Under the pieces are notes generated by a model, which did no database searches, was not told the DNA's origin, and saw nothing but the letters and a program-made list of their open reading frames with translations. DNA of 64,000 nucleotides, taken from assembly GCF_963921235.1 (NCBI RefSeq), contig NC_086122.1, positions 30,690,001 to 30,754,000 of the forward strand. Reading direction: 5' to 3'. The position numbers and the translations under genes are program-made. How positions within the stretch are numbered: the stretch's first letter is position 1; every line of letters starts with the position of its first letter. Shown piece after piece: positions 1 through 12,520 of this stretch. The stretch is from Mobula hypostoma (lineage: Eukaryota).

Positions 1-342
1 ACTCCTCATACAAACTCTTCTCCCTCCTGCCATCTGGCAAAAGGCACCGAAGCATTCAGGCTCTCACGACCAGACTGTGTAACAGTTTCTTCTCCCAAGC
101 TATCAGACTCCTCGATACCCAGAGCTTGGACTGACACCAACCTATTGCCCTCTACTGTGCCTATTGTCTTGTTTATTATTTATTGTAATGCCTGCGCTTT
201 ATGCAGTCCTGGGTAGGTCTGTAGTCTAGTGTAGTTTTTGTGTTGTTTTACATAGTTCAGTGTAGTTTTTGTGTTGTTTCATGTAGCACTACGGTCCTGG
301 AAAACGTTGTCTTGTTTTTACTGTGTACTGTACCAGCAGTTA
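1..342 (+). mobile_element. Rex/Babar-like LINE 3' end
   Basis: Encodes the LLPSGKR..R..NSFF..AIRLL-type C-terminus also seen at 2782, 10405, 19805 and 54220, followed by a 3'UTR. Confidence 0.65.
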
Positions 343-641
343 CGACTATATCGAAATAAGACGCCATCTACGAACCCCTAAAAGTAAAAAAAAACACGAG
401 CCAGTAGGGCTACTGAAGGGGTAGCCATTCAGATCGAGGCAAGCAAACAGGGGTCTATGTAAACACGAGCACTCCCAGAGAGAGACACCAACAACTGCAC
501 ACTGAGGATGTCACCTCATCTTGCAAGCTAATTGCCTAGCTCGGCAAACACTGCAACGTCAAATGTACATGGTTTCTTTATAAAATGAGGAATATATTGA
601 TGTTAAGGTATTTGCTGAATGCTTTTTAATTTTGGTTTCAG

Positions 642-732
642 ACTTTGCAGCTGCTCAGTTCCGGCAGTATCAAAGACTGGTGAAGCAGATTAAACCAGAT
701 ATGGAGCAATATGAGAAGCAAAGGGATGATGC
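642..732 (+). CDS. SYF2: SYF2 pre-mRNA splicing factor, internal exon ([31 protein letters not shown])
   Basis: tttcag acceptor at 640-641, gtgagt donor at 733. Translation matches the SYF2 DYAAAQLRQY...KQIKPDME segment and the phase fits the next exon. Upstream exons lie outside the window. Confidence 0.95.
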
Positions 733-1569
733 GTGAGTTACTTTTAAAAATGTATTTTCTGATCTTCGTCCTCCTCTCTGTGCAAGGGTGAAAATGCAAT
801 GTGAGAGTGGTGGAGAACCGATTATTACCACTTAGTCTGCAGATGTACAATGGGAAGTTTCATAGCTACTAGCACAGGGATTATTCTGCACTTTTGAATA
901 TAGGATTGCCTTCATATACCACTTTGAATTAGGATAAAATGTCTCTCGGTACTTTGAGGTTGCTGCTCATGTTGGAATTGGTATTGATTATGCTAAATTT
1001 AGTGAACAGGTTTGTGAATATTTATCTAATAACAGTCATGATCGTGTTCAGTATAATGATTAAAAAGGTACAAAGGACAAACAACAGCTAAGGTTCTAGG
1101 TTTCGGTAAGAATGACCTCCGTGTACTGACTGCATTACCTTTGTCAACTGTCCATTACCTCATCAAAGAATTCTACCAAATTGGTTAAACATGATTTGTC
1201 TTCGCTGACTTGCCTTAATTAATCAATTTTCCTCCAGGTGACTTTTCATCCAGTTCCAGATCAATATTTCTAAAAGCTTTCTGACCACTGAGGTTAAAGT
1301 GACTGGCCTCCATTTCTAGGCTCATCCTTGGTCCTTATTTTGAACAAGGAAGTAACGTACAACACATAAGTTCAGCCAACTTTTCTAATGCTTCCATGCT
1401 ATCAATTCTAATGTATTTGGTGTCTCAACTGTCAGCTCCTTCTTCACTAAGGCAGATGCAAGCTAATCATTTAGTACCCTAATACTGCCTTCAGCATCCA
1501 TGTGCAAATTCCAGTTTGTTCTTGAAAGACCTCGTTTTTCCATGTGTTGTCCTTCATTTGTTTATATAG

Positions 1570-3517
1570 ATTCTGGACCAGTTCCTGAGGATTGGAGGGT
1601 GGCTAATGTAACCCCACTTTTTAAAAAGGGAGGGAGAGAGAAACTGGGGAATTATAGACCGGTTAGCCTAACATTGGTGGTGGGGAAACTGCTAGAGTCA
1701 GTTATCAAAGATGTGATAACAGCACATTTGGAAAGCGGTGAAATCATCGGACAAAGTCAGCATGGATTTGTGAAAGGAAAATCATGTCTGATGAATCTCA
1801 TCGAATTTTTTGAGGATGTAACTAGTAGAGTGGATAGGGGAGAACCAGTGGATGTGGTATATTTGGATCTTCAAAAGGGTTTTGACAAGGTCCCACACAG
1901 GAGATTAGTGTGCAAACTTAAAGCACACGGTATTGGGGGTAAGGTATTGATGTGGATAGAGAATTGGTTGGCAGACAGGAAGCAAAGAGTGGGAATAAAT
2001 GGGACCTTTTCAGAATGGCAGGCAGTGACTAGTGGGGTACCGCAAGGCTCAGTGCTGGGACCCCAGTTGTTTACAATATATATTAATGACTTGGATGAGG
2101 AAATTAAATGCAGCATCTCCAAGTTTGCGGATGACACGAAGCTGGGCGGCAGTGTTAGTTGTGAGGAGGGTGCTAAGAGGATGCAGGGTGACTTGGATAG
2201 GTTAGGTGAGTGGGCAAATTCATGGCAGATGCAATTTAATGTGGATAAATGTGAGGTTATCCACTTTGGTGGCAAAAACAGGAAAACAGACTATTATCTG
2301 AATGGTGGCCGATTAGGAAAAGGGGAGGTGCAATGAGACCTGGGTGTCATTGTACACCAGTCATTGAAAGTGGGCATGCAGGTACAGCAGGCGGTGAAAA
2401 AGGTGAATGGTATGTGGCATTTATAGCAAGAGGATTCGAGTACAGGAGCAGGGAGGTACTACTGCAGTTGTACAAGGCCTTGGTGAGACCACACCTGGAG
2501 TATTGTGTGCAGTTTTGGTCCCCTAATCTGAGGAAAGACATCCTTGCCATAGAGGGAGTACAAAGAAGGTTCACCAGATTGATTCCTGGGATGGCAGGAC
2601 TTTCATGTGATGAAAGACAGGATGAACTAGGCTTATACTCGTTGGAATTTAGAAGATTGATGGGGGATCTTATTGAAACGTATAAAGTCCTTAAGGGATT
2701 GGACAGGCTAGATGCAGGAAGATTGTTCCCGATGTTGGGGAAGTCCAGAATGAGGGGTCACAGTTTGAGGATAAAGGGGGAAGAAGGCTACTTGTATTTC
2801 AAAGGATCCCACTCATCCTGGACATCACCTGTTTTCCCCTCTACCTTCTGGGAAGAGATACAGAGCATTAAGTTTGAAAACAAAGAGACTCCTTAACAGC
2901 TTCTACCCACAAGCAGTGAAATGTATAACACCCCCTTCCCTTCTCCTGCCCCCCTCCTAAGACGGCGGCAGCTAAATGCATCACACTTCCAGGAGTGGCG
3001 GGTGTGCAATAGTCCTACCCTCCCATCCATGTATTATTAATTTTGGACTGCACTCCTGAGGTTTTAGAGTTTACTTTATGTATATATTCTTTGTCATGCT
3101 GCAAAACGTTGAGCTGCTGAACTGTGTTTCATTGCTTCACAACAATGACATTAAAGATCTTCTTCTTCTTCTTCTTCCTCCTCCTCCTCTCCCTCCTCCC
3201 CCCCTCCTCCCCTCCCCCCTCCCCCCCTCCTCCCCTCCCCCCCTCCTCCCCCCCCCTCCAAGATTAGGAAAAACTTCTTCACACAGAGAGTGGTGAACCT
3301 GTGGAATTCTCTGCCACAGGAAACAGTTGAGGCCAGTTCATTGGCTATATTTAAGAGGGAGTTAGATATGGTCCTTGTGGCTAAAGGGATCAGGGGGTAT
3401 GGAAGGAGGCAGGTACAGGGTTCTGAGTTGGATGATCAGCCATGATCATACTGAATGGCAGTGCAGCTCGAAGGGCCGAGTGGCCTACTCCTGCACCTAT
3501 TTTCTATGTTTCTATGT
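1570..3517 (+). mobile_element. 5'-truncated CR1 LINE (RT), interrupted at ~2782-3260
   Basis: ORFs 1500-2336 and 2333-2896 contain [33 protein letters not shown] and ALVRPHLEYC. The element resumes at 3261 and ends in a ttctatgt repeat tail. Confidence 0.95.
2782..3260 (+). mobile_element. Rex/Babar-like LINE 3' fragment nested in CR1, with (CTT)n/(CCT)n/C-rich tail
   Basis: PLPSGKRY-type coding remnant, ATTAAA, then a pure pyrimidine run at 3159-3259. Confidence 0.7.
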
Positions 3518-4667
3518 GCTGATAGAATATCTTGGGATCCGCATTTATCTTAGCAATTATCCTTTTCTCATTTTCCTTCCTTGCCTCTCAATGTATTGTC
3601 ACAACCCCTATGATCAGCCTGATATTTGCCTGGACATGTTTTTTGTTGCTTTATAATCTACTGTATCTCTTTAAACATTCTGGACCTCTGGACTTGTTTG
3701 TTCTTCATTACTCCTTTTGGGAATGTACCTCAACTATACATCAACCACCTCTTCCCTAATTGTTTTATTACAATTTTCCCAGTCACCTTTTTGTCTGTCT
3801 TACTGGGTTGATGGACTTTTGTCCTTTTGAAACTGGCCTTTGACCAATTAATTAATTTTTATTCTGGTTTGCTGTTTTGCCTTTTCTATATCTAACCCTT
3901 AATTTTATGCTATTCAATAGCCATCTCCTAAACCTTTCCCTAGAGAAACCTGTACTTAACCACTTTAACCACCTCATTCCCTGGAATCAGATCCAGTCGA
4001 TACCTCAGCACTGAACCCATACTCAGAAAAACAGGTGCCTGACAAAGAAGGAAATATTAAGACAGTGTCTAAATCTTAACAGCAGAGACGGAGGAATTTG
4101 GTCTAGGTGGCTGCTAAATGGGTCAAAGACGTTGGGATGAGTCAATGAAACAGAAACCCACATTGGTAGAAGTTACATAGGTGGGGATGGATGAGGGTAC
4201 AAGTGAGTAAAGGATGAGAATTTGAAATGTTTTGGATGCAGAGGTGGCTCAGTACAAAGTAGGAGCTAGTTTTATTAAGCTCATTTACAGAGGTGAAGAA
4301 GGGGAAACGTTAATAATCAAGCCTGGCAAAGGAGTCAGAGAGGGTTTCAGTAGCAGAAGGGCAAAGTACAAAGTAAATTGTATTATCAAAGTATACGTAC
4401 AGTTTGTCACCATATACAATCCTGAGGTTCATTTTACCGTGGGCATACTCAGCAAATCTATAGAATAGTAACTATAATAAAGTCAATGAAAAATCAACCA
4501 GCATGCAGAAGACGACAAACTGTGCAAGTCCGAATATAAATAAATAACGAGAACATGAGATAAAGAGTCCTTAAAGTGAGGATTATTGGTTGCGGGAACA
4601 TTTCAATGATGGGGCAAATGAGTGTAGTTATCTCTGAAAGGTAAGACGTGCACATATCGTCATACAA

Positions 4668-5011
4668 TGAACATAGGAAATAGGAGCAGGAGTGGTTTGG
4701 CCATGGACTCCTCTCCACCTACCTGCCTTTTCCCCATAATCCTTAATTCCCCTACTATGCAAAAATCTATCCAACCTTGTCGTAAATATATTTACTGAGG
4801 TAACCTCCACTACTTGGTTGGGCAGAGAATTCCACAGATTCACTACTGTCTGGGAGAAGCAGTTTTTCCTCATCTCCGTCCTAAATCTACTCCCCCGAAT
4901 CTTGAGGCTATGTTGCCTAATTCTAGTCTTACCTACCAGTGGAAACAACTTTCCTGCCTCTATCTTGTATATGATTTTCATAATTTTATATGTTTCTATA
5001 AGATCTCTCAT
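4668..5011 (-). mobile_element. CR1 LINE 3' fragment
   Basis: ORF 4628-5011 DLIETYKI...VVNLWNSLP; same subfamily as 59403-59745. Confidence 0.9.
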
Positions 5012-5251
5012 TACTATGAGGGCATTACATTAATGTTGCAGATGCAAAAGAAAAAAAACACACACAAATAAAACCTGATTGTTTAGATTTCCATTTCAAC
5101 TATGTACTTCACTTGATTACTTGGCTTACAAAAAAAAAGTCCTTCATATCACAGAGCAATTACTGATAACATTTGCATTATTGTTATTAATTTTGGGAAT
5201 ATAAAGCATCTTTCTTCCACGCTAAACGTTTGTTTTTATACCTGTGGATAG

Positions 5252-5350
5252 CGGAGAAGAGTTCTATGCCACTGCAAATAGTCTAATGCACGGCACACAT
5301 GTTCCTACCAAGGAGGGAGTGGACAGACTGGTGGCCGATGTCGATAAGCA
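5252..5350 (+). CDS. SYF2: SYF2 penultimate exon ([33 protein letters not shown])
   Basis: ag at 5250-5251, gtaagt at 5351, 99 nt. Matches SYF2 GEEFFPTSNSLLHGTHVP. Confidence 0.95.
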
Positions 5351-6759
5351 GTAAGTTTTTTTTAAATTTACATTGCCTGTTGCATGGTTCTCAGATGCAC
5401 TTCACGGAGTAGGAAAATACATCTTGCAGAAGGGTGGAGTTTTACCTTCCTTTCCACACACCCTGATAGAGACTATTGGTTACCTTGCAAAATTATAATA
5501 ATGTTTTATTGGAAATTTGCTTTAATTACTTGGCTACCAATTTGTGTCAATCATTTTACAGTGATTCCTGTTCATATTAAACAGATGGATCTGTACTAGA
5601 ACAAATGCTAGATAATTTCAAATAAGTTCACATTTTTAAATTGCATTCTAAAGTGCTGCTGGGGGTTAGTGACAAGTTTAGTTATAATTAGGTAGCATAC
5701 CTGTTACGTGTCCTTTAGCTTGAAGAGTCACAATTTTCAAGTTATTCTGATCTAAGACCACTGAAGAATGTGCATCAAATTTCTGGACTGACCCTGCAGG
5801 ACTTTTGGCTGATTCTGAATGTTGGAATTGTTTTGTGATGCCAAGAAAGTCATCCAAAACTTTGGAAGGAGCTAATTCCAACTCTTGCCTCAGTGACAGC
5901 TGTCAGGAAACAAATCCATTGAATGCATTATCTAAGTCAGCCTAGCCCGGGCAGGGTACCCAGCACAGTAGGTCTCCTTGAGTACGTTAACTGAACTGGA
6001 ACAAATAAGGTTGTTCTTTTACCGTCTCATTAAGAGGTGGACGTTTTCTGAGAACTCATGCTGTAGTGAGTTTTCCTTTTTAAAGTTCTAATTACAGACA
6101 CTTCAAGGGCTAAGCAAGCTGTCAGAATATACAGCTATCATACTACGCAGTATTTTTGAATTCTATGTAACTAATGGGATCAAGTGGAAATCTACATTCC
6201 TTTGGGATACTGCAGCCTCTGGTCCCCATGTATCCCTGATGTATTAAGTGAAATTAACAAATATTGAAATATTAGTGCCTAAGTACATCAGAAAAGATTT
6301 GAGGCTCCTCCGTTGGTTGGGGTCGACTTTGGATGTTGCGTCCAAGCTGCTTCCATGGTATGCAAGCCTAGGCAGTGCGATATGGAGAGCAAGCTGCTCC
6401 CCCTCTTCAGATAACTGATGAGTCCAAAGGACTGGCACCGAGACCGATACAGTTTGGCACCAATGGCATCACAGGAGTTGCCAGTGGACATTGAACTCGA
6501 CGTAGAACTACCTTAGGGACTCCAGCTCTGGATTTTTCCTCAGGGTTCACTATGAGTGGGTATAACTGCAAGGCAGCGGAGGTTTGAGATCAGAGTTTTC
6601 CTTCTCCTACAGGAGCTGCCAGCCACAGCTGACAAGCCCCATCTGCCCAAAGCAGCTGGTTTTAAGACATCAGCAACCCATCTATGCCCCTTCTCCTGTC
6701 AGTAGAAACAGTCCTCCAGGCTTAGTAGCTAAGCCACACGTGAAGGCCAGGTGGCGGAT

Positions 6760-7150
6760 TCTCCAACTTCCAGTAATTCCCTCCCCCTCTCTTCCCCCAT
6801 CCCCGTTTCACTCTGCCCCCTCCTCCAGCTGCCTATCACCTCCCTCATGGTTCCACCTCCTTCTACTACCCATTGTGCTTTCTCCTGTTCCTGCTTCACC
6901 TTTCCCCTCCTGCACCCCTCGATCTTTCCCCTTACTGGTTTTTCACCTGGCACCTACCAGCCTTCTCCTTCCCATCCTCCCCCCACCTTCTTTATAGGGC
7001 CCCTGCCCCCTCCCTCTTCAGTCCTGATGAAGGGTCTCGGCCCGAAATGTTGACTGTTCACTTCCACGGATTCTGCCTGACCTGCTGAGTTCCTCCAGTA
7101 TGTTGTGCGTGATGCTTTGACCCCAGCATCTGCAGAGTACTTTGTGTTTG
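6760..7150 (+). mobile_element. Penelope-like element 3' end/pLTR with degenerate hammerhead motif
   Basis: DFSNF-type ORF end, pyrimidine-rich spacer, cagtcCTGATGAagggtctcggcccGAAAtgttgactg at 7019-7056; resembles the pLTRs at 30502 and 31947. Confidence 0.8.
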
Positions 7151-7324
7151 TGGTGGATTTGGTTCTCGGAGGCTTTTTTGAGATACACGAATTGGGAGTT
7201 TATTCGCACTAACCCCTCCCCTGGGTATAATAATCTTAAGGAACCAAGAAAAATATGGTCTTTGTCATTACCAATAACCTATTTCAAATTGGGAAGCTAA
7301 CAAATTACTCGAAGTTGTGGCTAC

Positions 7325-7500
7325 GTTGGTAGCATTCTCAAATTGGAGTCAAAAGGTTGTGGATTGAAGTTACACTGCAGACTTGAACATGAATGATATC
7401 TAGACTGATGCTTCAGTCCATTACTGTAGAAGATTGTGCATTCAGGAATGCCATCTTGTGGGTAAGTTGGTAGTCCAAGAGCCTGACAGCCACTTTAGAT
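7325..7500 (+). mobile_element. Ancient tRNA-derived DeuSINE (SacSINE-like) remnant
   Basis: ggtagcattctc..gagtcaaaaggttgtgg..agacttgaac..ctagactga resembles the recalled shark DeuSINE consensus. Confidence 0.55.
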
Positions 7501-8391
7501 ATTTATTTATTTTTTAATTAGAGATAGATATGGCTCGGTAACAGGCCTGCAAGCCCAATGATCCCATGTTGCCCAGTTACACCGATGTGACTAACCTACT
7601 AACCCGTATGAAACCAAAACGTCTGGAGGAACCCCACACCTTAGAGACAGCAACAGATTTGAATCCAAGTCGCTAGCACTGTAGTAGCGTTTCACTAACT
7701 GATACACTACAAGCGACCCCAGTTAAAATGATTATTTTGTTCTGTTCATTGTGTATCTTTCAATCAACGTACAAAAACTTTGGAGCCGATTCAGAATTTC
7801 TACCATCTGCTGTTCAGTGCATCTTTAGCTTCCATGGAGTCCAGTGCTGGCTCCAGAGCATTCTCAGTTGCACAACCAGGTGCACTTTGTATCTGGTCTC
7901 TTCTTTAGTAGCCATGGTTAGCCTACAAGTGACATTATTAAATGTGACGTTTAGTTAAATATTTTCATTGTTTATTTTCTATCTGCTTTTAATCTAACAT
8001 GGTTTTACTAAATTTATTTCTTTACTTTTGAAAATAATCTTTTAAACTTTTAAAAGCCTCTGAATATCAGGGATATTCAAAATGACAAAAATACCCTTTA
8101 GAGCAGTGAACTTTTCATTATCATTCTCACAGCAGGATAGGTTGAAGTGTAGGATTCTCCAGCACAACCTACCTTGCTGTGTCATAGCAAGTAAGTGCAA
8201 CTTCAGTTGGAGTTGTGGCTTAATTTTTTTTTGTTCCACATTCAGCAGTGATTAGCTTCAGCAAGTAATTCGTTAGATATAACGTGCTTTTAAATATTTT
8301 GGAGGAGACGTGACCATCACTGTGTAAATGCAAGACTTTTGTGTTGCTTGGCCATAAGCAGCAGTATAAAGTTTAAATTCCTTGATTTCAG

Positions 8392-8557
8392 AATCGAGAA
8401 GCGTGCCAAGTACAGCAGACGACGCCGTTACAATGACGATGCTGATATTGATTATATTAATGAGAGAAACGCCAACTTCAATAAGAAGGCAGAACGCTTC
8501 TATGGAAAGTATACTGCAGAGATCAAGCAGAATTTGGAGCGAGGAACAGCTGTTTAA
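8392..8557 (+). CDS. SYF2: SYF2 last coding exon ([26 protein letters not shown]...[10 protein letters not shown])
   Basis: tttcag acceptor, highly conserved SYF2 C-terminus, TAA at 8555-8557. Candidate ATTAAA polyA signals at 9144 and 9160. Confidence 0.97.
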
Positions 8558-9747
8558 TATGACACCTTCGTATGGACAACTTATGCAGAGACTAAATTTT
8601 ATACCTTTGTACTCCGTAAATCTGGTTTGCAGCGAGTGCTGGAGGAACTTTCATGCAAAAAGGGATCCATCTCTGACTGAAGCCATGTCACATCAGTTGG
8701 ATGCAACTTGCTTTTCAATTACTAATATGATTTATATGTTGTTAGGTGAATTAATATGGCTCCATGCAGTCTTTTCCTGTATTTTTGAGGAACAAATATT
8801 AGCCATTAGTAGTATCATCTCAGTTCCTTAGGTGCACATTTGTTTCTCTTAAGATTTAAGATTTACTGAGTAGAGCTGACATTTTTATCACTAAGGAGCA
8901 TTTTTAAATTCAAACATGTGCCGACATATACAAGGTAGTTTTTGCTAGTTTATTTTGCAGGTTAGTAATCTGATGCATGGTTTCTGTGAAGATTTTGATC
9001 AGTTAGTAAACTGATTACTTGGATACAACACCCTGCCAAAAGCAGATTTTTTTTCTAACTGTAAATACCTTGTGCAGATTGTATAGATAAAATGAGCTTC
9101 ATTTAAAATGTTCCCTGTTTATGTGCTATTTACATATCTTGACATTAAAAAGTGTTCAGATTAAACTGTCTAATTTGTAATTCCATATCTGTCCAAAGCT
9201 ACACCACTGGTATTGGAGACCATGATAATTACACTTCAGTTTGCACAGGGCTGGTACGTTAATCAGCACCAGCTCAAATAAGTTCTCTATTGCAGATTAG
9301 AGAAAAGCCAAAAATTGCAGAGATCAAGAGAAACACTACAAGAACAGCGACAAGCATCATTGAAGAACTTTGGGTGTAATGCGAAAAGATGAGAAGTTCA
9401 AGAAATGATAACATTGTTTGTTACATTTGTATGAGGGTGTCGAGCACCATTTTGCTAAATCTTATAACAAACAACAAATAACTCAGAATAGATCAATCAT
9501 AAGTGCGTTTATTTGCAGCAAGAGAAGGCTAGCAGCGTACAAGAGCTGGTGATAGCTTTGAAAAAACAGACAGCATCGTCACTCTTATACACCAGTGTGA
9601 GTTCAAGGATGGTACATTCTGTTATTCTCCTTAATTAGTGTACATGGCATTCTTCCAATAACCAAAATCCACTTGTCTTTCTGCTGAAGGTTCATCGGCA
9701 TAATGTCGCACAAACGCTATTAGCAAAGCCCTCTGGTACAATACAGG

Positions 9748-9911
9748 CAACACACATAAAATATGCTGGTGAGTGCAGCAGGCCAGGCGGCATCTATAGG
9801 AAGAGGTACTGTCGACGTTTCGGATAAAGGGTCTGCTGCCTGGCCTGCTGCGTTCACCAGCATTTTTTATGTGTGTTGCTTGAAATTCCAGCATCTGCAG
9901 ATTTCCTCGTG
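9748..9911. mobile_element. Collapsed Penelope-like element: two inverted pLTR ends with a 16-bp TSD
   Basis: TSD tctggtacaa(t/c)acagg at 9732-9747 and 9912-9927. Both termini match those of the 30502-32361 element. Confidence 0.88.
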
Positions 9912-10885
9912 TCTGGTACAACACAGGTTCCATTTTGTTACTACAAGTAAACTACATTTCCACAAGGGATTTGCCCATTTTGAAGAATTTTCTCTTGAGC
10001 ATAAGTAACATCTGTTTATGGGTTTGCGCTTTGAAAATTGGGCTCCTAAGAAAATGCAGAGCCACCCACCACTCTGCTTCTGCATAGGGACAATTTGGGA
10101 GAATTCGTCAGCGGTAGTCTTATTTTCTTCCCTGTAGAATTACAGTTTAATTTAGAAGCCGCTTCATGAAGATTCAAATCATATGTTATCTCAAATTTCT
10201 AAAGCACCTGCCACATAAAGCCTCTGACTCACTTGAACCCTAGGCACCGCATGTCTTATAAAGCTATAACATAATCCTTAGTCTTATAGTCTTGTCCACT
10301 CAAAATGAATGCTAACATTGCAGTTGCCTTCCTTACCACTAAATCAAATCACAGGTTAACCTTTAGGGAATCTTGCACAAGGACAACTAAGTCCCTTTGC
10401 AGCACTGTAGTGGATCTAACACAGTCCATCATGGGTACAGACCTCTATTGAACACATCTACATGAAGTGCTATCGCAGGAAAGCAGCATCCAACATCAGG
10501 GACACTCAGCACCCAGCCATGCTCTCCTGCTGTTGGCATCAGGGAGAAGATACAGGAGCCTCAGGACCTACACCACCAGGTTTAGGAACAGTTATTACCC
10601 TTCAACCAATAGATTCTTGAACCAGAGGGGTTATTTTCACTTACCCCATCACTGAACTGTTCTCACAACCAATGGACTCACTTTCAGGACTATTCATCTC
10701 ATGTTCTGGATATTTGTTATTTATTTTATTCTTTTTTTCTCTTTCCATTTGTACTTGCATGGTCTGGTTTTGTTTTTTTTTACATATTGGTTGTTGTCCA
10801 TCTTGTTGGATTTCATTGATTCTACTGTGTTTCTTGTAGTCATTGTAATTAGTTGCAACATAAATAAGGGTTGTATATGGTCACA

Positions 10886-12520
10886 TGTTATGTTTTGAAA
10901 CTACAGAAACTAATTGCAAGAAAAACAGGAGTCCACATGAATGTCTATTTACTTTTTCTTTAGTGAGGTGTTCTCTTATGGTGTCCTTGCATAATGATAT
11001 ATGCTATTCATGTATTTTTAAATATAATCCATAAACAACAAAGAATGCTTAATGAAACAATATATTTACAATATTACTGAAATATTACTGTAATATTAAA
11101 TACTCAACTCTTCTCCCTGCTTAGCTATAAACTGCTACTCAATATAGAATGCATCTTAACTCAAATATGTAATGTATTGCTCTCTAGTCATCTTATTAAT
11201 ACAGTATACTATATAATACAACTAATATAGAGACATCCACAGAACAGGAAATTTTAAATTGTCCCATTCAGGCCTAAAGATTTAATTGTTGAGGATTTCT
11301 TCAGTGGGATAATGTCTTTCCTGACAAGGGGGGGTTCACTCTGCTTGGCAGGTGAGACTTGCGGCTGTGAAACAACCTCAGGTTCTGGGGCCTCCTCCGT
11401 GGTCATTGCACGAGTTGACTCTGGGACTGCAGGAAGTAGTTCTAACAACTCTGGACACCTTTCTTCTCTACCAATTGATTCTGCTGTCCTCAGGTGATCC
11501 AGATAACATCCTCACTGTGTAGGAGAGTGGTCCAGTTCTGTCTTCAATCTTTCCAAATCCCCACTTTTGATCTCTGGAGCCCCCAGTTTGTCTCACTGTT
11601 TATCCAGCATACTCCAAGATTGGGTTGGAGGCCGAAGTGTGAGCACAAGGGACGGCCCAGGAACAGCAGAGCTGGTGAGTTGTTGGCTGTGGAGTGTGCT
11701 GCATTGCGATACACAAGGAGGAAATTGGTGAGCTTCTGATTCCGTGTCTGTGTCGTGTGTTCTCCTGACATTGCTCACAGTGTATTCATTAGACTCTGGA
11801 AAAACCTTTCCGCCGAGCCATTTGTAGCTGGGTGGTACGGTGCAGATGTAAGATGTCTTATTCCATTCATTTTCAGGAATAATTGAAACTGTTCCACAAC
11901 AAACTGTGGTCCATTGTGACTAACTAGGTGCTTTGGAATGCCAGTCCTTGAGAGGAGACTTCTCAACACATCAGCAGTGTACAAGGGAGACTATTGGAAT
12001 ACCTCTGGCCACTTTGTAGCAGCATCCACTACTACCATGAAATTTGTGCCCATGAATGGTCTGGAAAAATCCACATGAATCCTCTGCCAAGGCAATGCAG
12101 GCCGTTCCCAGAGACGGAGTGGTGCTTTTCTGCATCTCTAGCGTCCGGAACAGTGTACAACAAGCTGCTCGATCTGCTGCGCTTTCTTTAAACTCAAACA
12201 TTTTTCTCTCTCTCCCCCTTCTGAAGAAAAACATGCTGCTCTTCAACAGATAGATCGTCGTCGCAGGTTCGTTGTAAACCTTCCTCGTCACCACTTTATG
12301 TTTGTAACTCCAGGAGCTAATTGAAAGAAAAACACACCCCATTGGCTGGGATGATGGTCTACTAACTTTTTCTTTAGTGAAGCACTCCCTTATGACGTGG
12401 TGGTGTGATGACGTACGCCATTCACGTACTTTTACATATAAGCCATAATGAATTACGTAAACAACAAAGAATGCTTAGTCAAACAATATATTTGCGATAT
12501 TACTGAAATATTAAGTAGAC
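10886..12520 (-). mobile_element. Internally deleted Ty3/Gypsy LTR retrotransposon
   Basis: Related LTRs at ~10886-11107 and ~12299-12520. PBS-like TGGTGACGAGG on minus at ~12293-12283, PPT on minus at ~11123-11109. Integrase core NGPQF...SAPYHPATNGSAERF (ORF 11775-11984). Confidence 0.85.

Noticed and set aside
343-520. Possible second Penelope-type 3' end with ctgaggatgtcacc hammerhead start
   Set aside because: Truncated before any GAAA box and too short to assign confidently.
3078-3296. Poly-Leu/poly-Pro ORF
   Set aside because: Translation of a microsatellite tail.
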